Assembly (NCBI GenBank): GCA_029564175.1
Contig: JAKQQL010000036.1
Coordinates: forward strand, 1 to 45,516
Reading direction: 5' to 3'
DNA: 45,516 nucleotides
Source: Candidatus Cloacimonadota bacterium
Lineage (GTDB): Bacteria > Cloacimonadota > Cloacimonadia > Cloacimonadales > WRIO01
Under the pieces are notes generated by a model. That model ran no database searches. It had not been told where the DNA came from and saw only the letters and a list, made by a program, of their open reading frames with translations. Shown piece by piece: positions 37,425 through 45,516 of the stretch (positions are counted from its first letter, which is position 1; every line of letters starts with the position of its first letter). Both the position numbers and the translations under genes were made by a program.

Positions 37425-39122
37425 CTAAAAAGAATTACTATCTTTCTCCAGATAAACTGTAACAACAGAATTTTTTATCACATTGTAAAATCGGATAGTC
37501 TTATCTTTACAGGCGCAGTTTCCTCCTTCTGCCATAATAAATTTATAGTTTCCAAAAAAGCGTACAGAGAATTCTTCCAAATCATCAGGAAAAGTAAATA
37601 GGAGTTTGTTGTGTTTTATCTCAATTTTAACTTTGTTTCTTTTTTCAAGCCAGAGAATGATCTGACTCAAACTGGCTCTGTAGGCAGTATAGGTTCTGGA
37701 TTGATCAATAATATATGAATACAGTCTGTGAAGATAGCTGATATCTGTGAAAGATGAAATATTAAAACTAAAATGCACTAAACCTTTAAGGTCTTTAGCT
37801 GTTGAAAAGAGTTCTCTGACATAGGATTTAGCCGTTTCAAATGGGATTGAGTTATATTTTGAAAGGGAAATTGCTTTTTCATTGAAGTTGATTGGGATTT
37901 CCCAAATATCTCTGACATTTGACTTTAAAACTCCAGGCCATACTTTGTATGGAAAGCAGGTTCCATTTGCAAACCCATATTCCCTGCTGCTGATTTTTGA
38001 AGAATCATAGAGAAATTTTAAATCTCTTTCAAGAACCATACTGTTTTCAGAATGGCTTTTAACCTGGAGATGTCTGATTCCTGGATTTACTGGTTTAAGT
38101 TTATTGGAGAATGCCTCAAATTCTTCTTTGAACTGGTTGGTATCACTTGCTCTGTTGGATGATAAAAAGGCTAATTCTGAACCGTAATGGACTAATTCTT
38201 CTAATGTATGGCTCAGATCTTCATCATTCAAATCATAGTCAATTTCAGGGGTATTGTTTGTTTTTTTATAAAGAAACCATGTACTTCTCGCTTTAATAAT
38301 TGCTTCTTTTTCGTTAATATCATGAAAATTCCAGTAAGGTTCGATATTTGAAACCATATAGTTTACCCAACTGATGATTGACTTAAAAAAGTAATTCCAC
38401 TTGAGGCTAAACAACAGATAGAATCCTTCAAAAAAAGCTTTGAAAGTATATCCAATTTTCCATTTATGAAGAGAATCAACATTATAAGAAAGCGTAAAAG
38501 CAATTTGCTCATTTTTGGGCCAGAGACTTTTTTTTACCAGAATTGTGTCAGGTCTTAAGAATTCCTGAATTGTTTTATCTAATACAAGTATTAATCGGTT
38601 CATATAGGGGAAAGAATGAAATTCTTCAAAAGCAGATTCGTTTTTGTGTTTTTTTTTCTTAACCAGATCATCTGGATTCTGTTGTTTAAATTCCTGCTCT
38701 GCCAGATGAAAGAAAATATTGCCTATCAGATCAAACTCTATACTGGCATATTCATATTGAAGCGCTTTGCTTATTAATATCGGGTGTTCAATGTTTTTCT
38801 GACATATAATGGGAAATACTTTTTTTAAAATTTCAATTCTTCGAATATTGTTCTTTAGCTTTTCTCCCGAATAAACACCATTCGTATAAAAATCGGTATC
38901 CGCTTTTATATATATGAGAGAAAAATGTTTTGCCAATCGATCAAGGTCTTCCTTTTCGAGCAGTTTATCGCAATAATAGATAAGGGTTTCATTATCTTTG
39001 GGGCAATCGTCATTAGTTAGTATTTTCCATGAGTAACCAAGGATACTAAAGAGGTTTTCTAAGGCATAATTTATTTTACTTGCATGTTTTTCCAGGTTTT
39101 TGTCAATATAAACTGAGATCAT
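37425..39122 (-). CDS. Polysaccharide deacetylase-like protein, probably degenerate
   Basis: FDLIGNIFFHL N-domain; WPKNEQIAFTLSYNVD (usually TxHDVD); GIRHL, YDSS, GFANGTCFPY, WEIPI. Confidence 0.7.
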   Translation of the reverse strand: MISVYIDKNLEKHASKINYALENLFSILGYSWKILTNDDCPKDNETLIYYCDKLLEKEDLDRLAKHFSLIYIKADTDFYTNGVYSGEKLKNNIRRIEILKKVFPIICQKNIEHPILISKALQYEYASIEFDLIGNIFFHLAEQEFKQQNPDDLVKKKKHKNESAFEEFHSFPYMNRLILVLDKTIQEFLRPDTILVKKSLWPKNEQIAFTLSYNVDSLHKWKIGYTFKAFFEGFYLLFSLKWNYFFKSIISWVNYMVSNIEPYWNFHDINEKEAIIKARSTWFLYKKTNNTPEIDYDLNDEDLSHTLEELVHYGSELAFLSSNRASDTNQFKEEFEAFSNKLKPVNPGIRHLQVKSHSENSMVLERDLKFLYDSSKISSREYGFANGTCFPYKVWPGVLKSNVRDIWEIPINFNEKAISLSKYNSIPFETAKSYVRELFSTAKDLKGLVHFSFNISSFTDISYLHRLYSYIIDQSRTYTAYRASLSQIILWLEKRNKVKIEIKHNKLLFTFPDDLEEFSVRFFGNYKFIMAEGGNCACKDKTIRFYNVIKNSVVTVYLEKDSNSF

Positions 39123-39239
39123 TTATAAGACTCCTTAAATAGATTCATTATGTATATTCTCAAAATTGAATGGCTTACTATTTGATTTGATTAATGATTT
39201 CAAGAATAAATTCAATTTTTACAAAAGGATATAAAATTG

Positions 39240-40229
39240 TCAAATTTTTTTCTTAATAAAAAAGTAAACCTTTAAATTTCCTCCAAAATCATTTTTAAAT
39301 TTTGCTATTGAAGGGATGTTAGCACCACAAAGATCAAATGTATTGATTCCATTCTCATGAAGATCATTAATGACATAATCCATTAACAGACTGTTAACTC
39401 CATTTTGCATGGCAAAGTTGTTAGAGGCAGTAAACCAGTCGTAAGCTGATTTGTTTTTCTGGTCGGTTATAATAGTCCTGAATGCAATCAGATTTTGATC
39501 AAAGTAAATTGAATAATTCTTGATAAATGGCTTGTTAACTGACAATTTTAATAATTTACGGTATGTTTTGTCTCTGCTATTTTGCCATAATCCTTTCTTA
39601 TCCATTCTTTCTTTTAACAGATTGAGTTGATTTAAGATTTGACTCTCATATTGAGATGATGTTGAAGGAGAAGGATGTGAAAACAAATCTGGATGAGAAT
39701 TAGCAACGATATTCAGATTTATTTTTTTTGCTTTTTTTATATTTTTAACCTGATTATAAGTATAATTTTGTTGAGAGGTTTCAATGTAAAAAGTATAAAG
39801 AGGACTTATACTCACTTTTTTATGTTTAAATGGCCTCATATCAAAATTATCAGGGCTTAATTTAAATTCAGCTTTAACAAAGTCTTTATAAATAATCTTG
39901 GACATATAAGCCATGATTTCATATTCGGTTTGTTTGTTTTCCTGAATTTTATTCTTGGGTTCATAAAAGAACGTAATAGGTATATATGTAACCTGAATCG
40001 GATTAAAGAAATATTTGAAGCCGATAATCTTTCTGTAATAAACAGGCAGAGAGGCAACTATCTCTCTATTTTTAAAAATAATCAGTACTTTAACAAAACA
40101 TTCACAAGCTTCACTGAACATTCTCAGCAATTCAGGATGAGTCCATATATTTGAGTGAATCAAAAGATATTCAGGAACGGACTCTATATCAAGATACTGA
40201 TGAGTATAGTGACTAATATCCGACTCCAT
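39240..40229 (-). CDS. GNAT/FemAB-like acyl- or aminoacyl-transferase
   Basis: KNIKKAKK, AYDWFTAS, NSLLM, FDLCGANIPSIAKFKNDFGGNL. Confidence 0.82.
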   Translation of the reverse strand: MESDISHYTHQYLDIESVPEYLLIHSNIWTHPELLRMFSEACECFVKVLIIFKNREIVASLPVYYRKIIGFKYFFNPIQVTYIPITFFYEPKNKIQENKQTEYEIMAYMSKIIYKDFVKAEFKLSPDNFDMRPFKHKKVSISPLYTFYIETSQQNYTYNQVKNIKKAKKINLNIVANSHPDLFSHPSPSTSSQYESQILNQLNLLKERMDKKGLWQNSRDKTYRKLLKLSVNKPFIKNYSIYFDQNLIAFRTIITDQKNKSAYDWFTASNNFAMQNGVNSLLMDYVINDLHENGINTFDLCGANIPSIAKFKNDFGGNLKVYFFIKKKI

Positions 40230-41652
40230 CTTCTTCTGTGTAAATATCCAGTTTGTTTCTGAGTGTTCTGGTTGTGATACCTAAGATTTTGGCTGTTTCT
40301 GATTTGCTGTTAGAAGTCTTTTTTAGTGTTTTCAAAATTACTTCTTTTTCAATCTGATCGATGGTTCTGTTTTCAATATTAACCCAGTTTAATTCATCTT
40401 TGATGGTTACTTCAGACTTCTCAACTGGAATGAGTGGGATAGAGGTGTCTTCTTTAAATTGCTTTCGACCCTGTTGATTTAAAAACAAAAATGATTCCAC
40501 TCCTAAAAGTGGGCTTTGAGTTGTAATACAAGCTCTTTCAATTGCATTCTGAAGTTCTCTGATGTTGCCTGGCCAATTATATTCAACTAAAAAATTTAGT
40601 GCATCATGTGAGATACTTTTTTTATTGATACCAAGCTCGAAACATACTTTTTTGGTAAAGTTTTCTATGAGCGCAGGGATGTCTTCTTTTCTCTGCTTGA
40701 GTGAAGGAAGATGGATAGGCACTATATTTAATCTGAAAAATAAATCTTCTCTGAAATTACCTTTATTGACTTCTTCTACCAAATCACGGTTTGAAGTTGC
40801 AATTATTCTGGTATCAATTTTGATTGGCATCTCTGTACCAATGCGAATGATTTCTTTTTCCTGAATGACCCTAAGCAGTTTCGCTTGTAAATCAAGATTC
40901 ATTTCACTGATTTCATCGAGGAGTATTGAGCCTTTGTCAGCTAATTCAAATTTTCCTCTGGTGTTTTTAATTGCACCTGTAAATGAGCCTTTTTCGAAAC
41001 CAAAGAGTTCACTTTCTATCAGAGATTCAGGAATGGCTGCACAATTAATTTTAATAAAATTGCCTTTATTTCTGGGACTAAGCATGTGTATTGCTTCAGC
41101 AATAAGTTCTTTACCTGTTCCGCTTTCTCCGGTGATTAGAACAGTTGAATTAGTAGGCGCTACCATCTTAACAAGATCCATGATGTCGGAAAGATGTTTA
41201 CTTTTACCGATAATTTTAGAATAAGTCTGATTTTCTTTAACTCTTTTTTGAAGTTTTTCATTTTCATCTATGAGTCTCTGACGTTCAAATATATGTTTTA
41301 CAATCATTTCCAGTTCTTCGATGGAAATTGGTTTTGTAATATATTCGTAAGCACCATAGGCCATGGCCTGAGCAGCAGATTCGGGACCTCCAAAAGCTGT
41401 CAGTAATACAGTATCTGTATCAGGTGAATTTTCTGCAACATACTTAAGGACATCGAGTCCGCTTTTAACAGGCATTTTTAAATCTGTGAAAATTAAATCA
41501 TAATGTTTATTCTTAATTTTTACTATGGCATCTTCACCATTGACAGCCATATCAATTTTGCAATCTTCATATTCAGGTATGGATTCAAAAAAGCTGGAAA
41601 TAAAATCTCTGATTAACGACTCATCATCAGCTACTAATATTCTTTTTTGCAT
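40213..41652 (-). CDS. Sigma-54-dependent response regulator (FleR/FlrC/AtoC-like)
   Basis: Receiver (VADDE, TDLKMP, ITKP), GESGTGKE, ESELFG...GSFTGA, LLDEI, WPGNIREL, Fis-type HTH; alternative GTG start at 41664. Confidence 0.93.
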   Translation of the reverse strand: MQKRILVADDESLIRDFISSFFESIPEYEDCKIDMAVNGEDAIVKIKNKHYDLIFTDLKMPVKSGLDVLKYVAENSPDTDTVLLTAFGGPESAAQAMAYGAYEYITKPISIEELEMIVKHIFERQRLIDENEKLQKRVKENQTYSKIIGKSKHLSDIMDLVKMVAPTNSTVLITGESGTGKELIAEAIHMLSPRNKGNFIKINCAAIPESLIESELFGFEKGSFTGAIKNTRGKFELADKGSILLDEISEMNLDLQAKLLRVIQEKEIIRIGTEMPIKIDTRIIATSNRDLVEEVNKGNFREDLFFRLNIVPIHLPSLKQRKEDIPALIENFTKKVCFELGINKKSISHDALNFLVEYNWPGNIRELQNAIERACITTQSPLLGVESFLFLNQQGRKQFKEDTSIPLIPVEKSEVTIKDELNWVNIENRTIDQIEKEVILKTLKKTSNSKSETAKILGITTRTLRNKLDIYTEEDGVGY

Positions 41653-41660
41653 ATTCTTTC

Positions 41661-42950
41661 TCACTCATTAAAATTTTCAAATAGAGGCAGGTTGATAACA
41701 AAACGGGTCCCTTTATTTTTCTTACTATATACATGAATATCTCCTCTGTGTAGTTGGACAAGCTTTTTGCATATTGCTAATCCAAGTCCGTTGCCCTCGT
41801 TCTTGGTTGAAAAAAAAGGATTAAATATTTTCTGTAGGTTTTCTTCATCAATTCCTGATCCTGAATCTTCAATATGGATTTCGATATCACTGAACAAACG
41901 TATCAGTTCTTTTTTTTCATCTTCATCAAGAACATCACTGATTGGTTCCAAAATATTTACTTTTGTAGAAATACGGACAAAGCCTTTTTTTTCAATGGCT
42001 TCCCATGCATTTTTTATGATATTGGTAAGTACTTGCTGAATGAGTTGAATATCACAATTGATAATCGCATCTTGGGAATCAGGTTTCATGATAAATTCAA
42101 CCTGTTTAGGATTTTCAGTGATACCCATTTGAAAAAAATCAACAATATCTGTAAGTGTTTGATGAATATTACAAGGGGAAATATTGAGTTTTTGAGGTCT
42201 TGTAAGTGTAAGAAGATTTGAAACAATATTGTTAAGCCGGCTTACACCTTCGATAATCGGTCTGATTAGTTTTTTCTTAGGGTCTTCAGATGGAATTTGC
42301 CTGTCAAGAAGTCCTGTAAAACCACTAATAGCAGCTAAAGGGTTTCTGATTTCATGTGCTACATTTGCTGACATTTCTCCTAATGCGGCTAAAGTCTCAA
42401 TATGTAACATTCTATCCTGTAATTTTTTAATTTCTGAAATGTCAGTGAATGTTTCAACAACACCGTCTATCTGACCATTTACATTATGAATAATACTGGT
42501 ACTAAACTCTATATTTTTAGATTCATGTCCAATTGTTAGGATTTGCTTTTGTCTCTTAAAAGATTCTTTTCCAGTACTTAAAGTGTACATGGCAGACTTA
42601 GAATCCTGACTGGAATTGGTATAGAAAATGTTTTTGTATGAATGATTAATCACCTGATCTTTATCATAACCGGTTATCATTTCTGCTGCCCTGTTAAAAA
42701 GTGTGATGTTTCCGCTCATATCTACTACAAGAACTCCAGTATGCACATTGTCTAAAATATTATTCAGAAAATTTTTAATATTTTCACTTTCTTCTACTTT
42801 TTTTTCAAGCTCATAATTTTTAATTTCAAGCTGATGATTGAGTGAGTCTATTTTACTTTGAAGTAAACTGTATGTTTTTTCAAATTTATCAATAACCTGT
42901 GTAAAATCATGAAACGCAGAAGTCAGTTTCTGTACATTAAGTTCAGTCAT
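41661..42950 (-). CDS. Cytoplasmic PAS sensor histidine kinase (FleS/FlrB-like)
   Basis: N-terminal coiled coil AFHDFTQ...YSLLQSKI, PAS (FNRAAE), H box AHEIRNPL, N box NIIKNA, G boxes DSGSGI and GNGLGL; no TM helix. Confidence 0.9.
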   Translation of the reverse strand: MTELNVQKLTSAFHDFTQVIDKFEKTYSLLQSKIDSLNHQLEIKNYELEKKVEESENIKNFLNNILDNVHTGVLVVDMSGNITLFNRAAEMITGYDKDQVINHSYKNIFYTNSSQDSKSAMYTLSTGKESFKRQKQILTIGHESKNIEFSTSIIHNVNGQIDGVVETFTDISEIKKLQDRMLHIETLAALGEMSANVAHEIRNPLAAISGFTGLLDRQIPSEDPKKKLIRPIIEGVSRLNNIVSNLLTLTRPQKLNISPCNIHQTLTDIVDFFQMGITENPKQVEFIMKPDSQDAIINCDIQLIQQVLTNIIKNAWEAIEKKGFVRISTKVNILEPISDVLDEDEKKELIRLFSDIEIHIEDSGSGIDEENLQKIFNPFFSTKNEGNGLGLAICKKLVQLHRGDIHVYSKKNKGTRFVINLPLFENFNE

Positions 42951-42957
42951 AAATGAA

Positions 42958-43332
42958 TTAATTATGTGCGGATTCCGGAAGATGTTTGTTGATTGTGCGG
43001 GTTAACTCATCTAATCTGAATGGTTTAACAATATATTCATTTGCTCCGTTTTCCATTGCATTGATTGCTGTATCAAGACTTGGATAGCCAGTCATAATGA
43101 TAATTGGAAGATCGGGATTATTATTTTTCAAAATTTTTGTTAGTTCAATTCCACTTATTTTGGGTAACTTGATATCAATCAGAGCTATATCTGGAGTATA
43201 ATTTTCTGTTAATTCTAATGCTTTTTCTGCATCTGGAGCTAGATTGACTTCAAAACCCTGTCGATTTAAATAGTCAAATAAGACATCTCTTAATAAGAGT
43301 TCATCATCTACGACGAGTATTTTAATTTTCAT
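42958..43332 (-). CDS. Single-domain response regulator
   Basis: ILVVDDE, LIDIKLP, MTGY, YIVKPF; likely start MKIK at 43332. Confidence 0.92.
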   Translation of the reverse strand: MKIKILVVDDELLLRDVLFDYLNRQGFEVNLAPDAEKALELTENYTPDIALIDIKLPKISGIELTKILKNNNPDLPIIIMTGYPSLDTAINAMENGANEYIVKPFRLDELTRTINKHLPESAHN

Positions 43333-43334
43333 TG

Positions 43335-43589
43335 TTAATAATCCAGTTTTATTATAATTCTTTCGCCACAAGTACATTGAACTTCAATAGAGAGTACAAT
43401 GCCTTCATGATTACGGTTAAGTTGAAGGACAGGTTCTGTTATTTTATTAGCAGTATTACTTTCAGTCCGGATACTTATATTTTTTTCATCTACAATTGGT
43501 ATTTTTATTATTGGAGGTGCTTTCGATACAGAAGTACTCCCTTTTTTGTTATCTTCTTCTATGATGTAATTACTGATTATCTTCTTCAT
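43335..43589 (-). CDS. Small hypothetical protein with C-terminal CxCG motif
   Basis: ATGA overlap with the upstream receiver gene and 2 bp from the downstream gene; IEVQCTCGERIIIKLDY. Confidence 0.75.
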   Translation of the reverse strand: MKKIISNYIIEEDNKKGSTSVSKAPPIIKIPIVDEKNISIRTESNTANKITEPVLQLNRNHEGIVLSIEVQCTCGERIIIKLDY

Positions 43590-43951
43590 AGTGTTTTAAA
43601 TATCTTTAGTATAATTTGGCGTAACGAGTTTAAAGAGAATGGTTTAAGTAAATAACCATCTGCTTTAACACTCAGGCTGTCTTCTTGCATTTTTGATGGT
43701 TGATAAGCTGTCATCAGAATAACTGGGAGATCAGGCATATACGTTTTAAGTGACTTAAGCAATTTTATACCATTCATTTTTGGCATTCTGATATCTGATA
43801 TTACGAGATCAAATTTTGTCCGGGTACATGCTAGTAAGGCTTCTTCTCCGTTAGTAGCCTCTACAACATTGTATCCCAGGGTTTGTAGAAATTCGGTTAT
43901 TATTTCTCTGATATTTTCTTCGTCATCAACAACAAGTATGTTTTTGGTCAT
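43586..43951 (-). CDS. Single-domain response regulator
   Basis: ILVVDDE, ISDIRMPKMNG, MTAY, LLKPF; SD AAGGA. Confidence 0.92.
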   Translation of the reverse strand: MTKNILVVDDEENIREIITEFLQTLGYNVVEATNGEEALLACTRTKFDLVISDIRMPKMNGIKLLKSLKTYMPDLPVILMTAYQPSKMQEDSLSVKADGYLLKPFSLNSLRQIILKIFKTL

Positions 43952-43968
43952 GTCAAATAATCCTTACT

Positions 43969-44856
43969 CTATGAAAATAATTTGTCGATATCGTCCTGTG
44001 ACGCCTGATCTTTTGATTTTTCTTTATTGTCTTTAAAAAGTGCATCAATATCAAAATCATCATCTACAGCATCCTTAGATGCAACGGGTAGCTCTTTTAA
44101 CTCTACATCTTCATTGTCAGCCGGAATATCAATCTGAGTATTTCCTGTTTCAAATAAGTCATCAATCAGGTTTTGAATATTTCCTTTATCTTTAAACATT
44201 GCATCGGCATTAAAAGATTTTGGGTCAATTTCTGGTAAAGTAAAATCATGGGAATCATCTCCCATATCAAATTCTTTAAGTAAATTAGATACATAAATAA
44301 GCGTTTTTTCTGTATCAGATAAAAGTGCATAAGCACCTGAAATCTGTTGAGCAGTAATATCCTGAAACTGAAGGTAGTCAATAATCGTAAAGGCAGCATC
44401 TTGATTTTTGTAAACCATAGATTTAATATCTTCAATAATTTCATCCTGATTGATATCTTTGTTTTTTAATGAGTCAAGTTTCTCAATAATAATTAGCTGT
44501 TCTGAATCTAATTTTTCAGCTACATCGAGTATTTTGTTAGTTGCTTCTTCAGTAGTTGTTGTTATTTTTTTTAATTGAACACCGGTTTTTTTTAACAAAC
44601 CATCTACACTCTTTTTTAATTCAGAGCGGCTGGAATGAATGGAGTTTATCACTACTTGAATAAGCTGGTAGGTTAAATTGGTTTTGTCAGTAAGGCCTTT
44701 CATTTTCTCAACCAATGCATCAAAATGAGCTTGAACTTGAGTTAAATCAGTAGGCTCTATGCTTTCAATAACCGGTCGTATTTCATCAATTAATATATTC
44801 AGATCTTCCATTAAAGATTCTATGATGGTAATTACACCCTGTTTTGTATGAGACAT
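43969..44856 (-). CDS. cheZ: CheZ family phosphatase
   Basis: TEEATNKILD, catalytic QFQDITAQQI (DxxxQ), acidic linker, C-terminal SQDDIDKLF CheY-binding helix. Confidence 0.85.
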   Translation of the reverse strand: MSHTKQGVITIIESLMEDLNILIDEIRPVIESIEPTDLTQVQAHFDALVEKMKGLTDKTNLTYQLIQVVINSIHSSRSELKKSVDGLLKKTGVQLKKITTTTEEATNKILDVAEKLDSEQLIIIEKLDSLKNKDINQDEIIEDIKSMVYKNQDAAFTIIDYLQFQDITAQQISGAYALLSDTEKTLIYVSNLLKEFDMGDDSHDFTLPEIDPKSFNADAMFKDKGNIQNLIDDLFETGNTQIDIPADNEDVELKELPVASKDAVDDDFDIDALFKDNKEKSKDQASQDDIDKLFS

Positions 44857-44867
44857 GATTCCCCCCT

Positions 44868-45245
44868 CTATTTGCTTAGGATAGCGTCAATTTTAGCTTT
44901 AAGAACTTCTGGAGTAAATGGTTTAACAATATAATTGTTAACTCCGGCTTTCATTGCTTCTATGATGTCATCCTTGACAGAGCGGGTAGTAACCATTAAG
45001 ATTGGTATTTTTGCATAATCACCGTTTGAACGGATTTCCTGGACTAATTGTAATCCATCCATAACGGGCATATTCCAGTCAGTAACAACAAAATTGATAC
45101 CAGGAATTGATTTGAGTTTGTCCATGGCTTCCTGACCATGTTCTGCTTCCTCAATCTCATTGTAACCTAAACGTTTTAGGGTATTAAAAACAATTCTTCT
45201 CATTGTGGGTGAATCATCAACTATCAAAAACTTTAAGTTTGACAT
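44868..45245 (-). CDS. cheY: Chemotaxis response regulator CheY
   Basis: LKFLIVDDSPTMRRIV, VTDWNMPVMDG, AGVNNYIVKPFTPEVLKAKI; SD GGAGG. Confidence 0.92.
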   Translation of the reverse strand: MSNLKFLIVDDSPTMRRIVFNTLKRLGYNEIEEAEHGQEAMDKLKSIPGINFVVTDWNMPVMDGLQLVQEIRSNGDYAKIPILMVTTRSVKDDIIEAMKAGVNNYIVKPFTPEVLKAKIDAILSK

Positions 45246-45288
45246 ACAGCCTCCATTCTACTTACAAACCACTATCTCTTATTAAGTC

Positions 45289-45317
45289 ATTTTAATCAAT
45301 ATGAATATATTTGTCAA
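45289..45317 (-). promoter_or_regulatory. Sigma70 promoter of the cheY operon
   Basis: TTGACA-17 bp-TAAAAT on the minus strand. Confidence 0.7.
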
Positions 45318-45481
45318 ATATTTTTTTACTTATTCTGAAAATATTATTCAAAATATACCCCAAAAACTGATTTTTATGATAACATCTCAAAAGTTGGTGT
45401 AAAAAGATAAAAAAAAAGGTTGATCCAGATCCAACTCTTTGTTTTATTGAATTTGAAAATAAAAAAGACAAGGAGTAGATC

Positions 45482-45516
45482 ATGAATCAACCAAAGACAA
45501 AGAAAAATGAGCCAAT
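45482..45516 (+). CDS. 5' end of a divergent gene (MNQPKTKKNEP...), product unknown
   Basis: SD AAGGAG 6 nt before the ATG; frame open to the window end. Confidence 0.55.
   Translation, partial: MNQPKTKKNEP

Noticed and set aside
45292..45483. 63-aa minus-strand ORF
   Set aside because: Low-complexity intergenic sequence overlapping the cheY promoter.

Overview
AT-rich bacterial chromosomal segment, mostly housekeeping genes. The gene content (PEGA and T9SS-CTD proteins, DUF2851, a four-gene membrane cluster) suggests an FCB-related anaerobe such as Cloacimonadota; this is an inference. From left to right: (1) the 5' part of a tyrosine recombinase (minus strand, runs off the window) of the type usually paired with IS91-family transposases, with a hairpin-rich terminus that abuts a truncated REP palindrome; (2) a small membrane protein, a GT2 and an ankyrin protein; (3) a heterodimeric ABC exporter, a PEGA protein, an EndoQ-like PHP nuclease and pepP; (4) coaD-queC-DUF2851-TerB/FHA-like/ABCG; (5) copZ-like, cupin, M42 peptidase, metallophosphoesterase and MFS genes; (6) NUDIX-valS-DUF1232-rdgB-thermonuclease; (7) an uncharacterised four-gene membrane operon with its own promoter; (8) mutM; (9) a 14 kb minus-strand run, cheY-cheZ-receiver-CxC protein-receiver-FleS-like-FleR-like-GNAT-deacetylase-like-GT4-GT4-wecA-like-porZ-like. 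No rRNA, tRNA or CRISPR array was seen. The best candidates for undescribed biology are the four-gene membrane operon, the CheYZ/FleSR module coupled to glycan and T9SS genes, the IS91-like end inside a REP, and the queC-DUF2851-TerB/ABCG unit. All family assignments come from motif recognition by eye, not from database searches.
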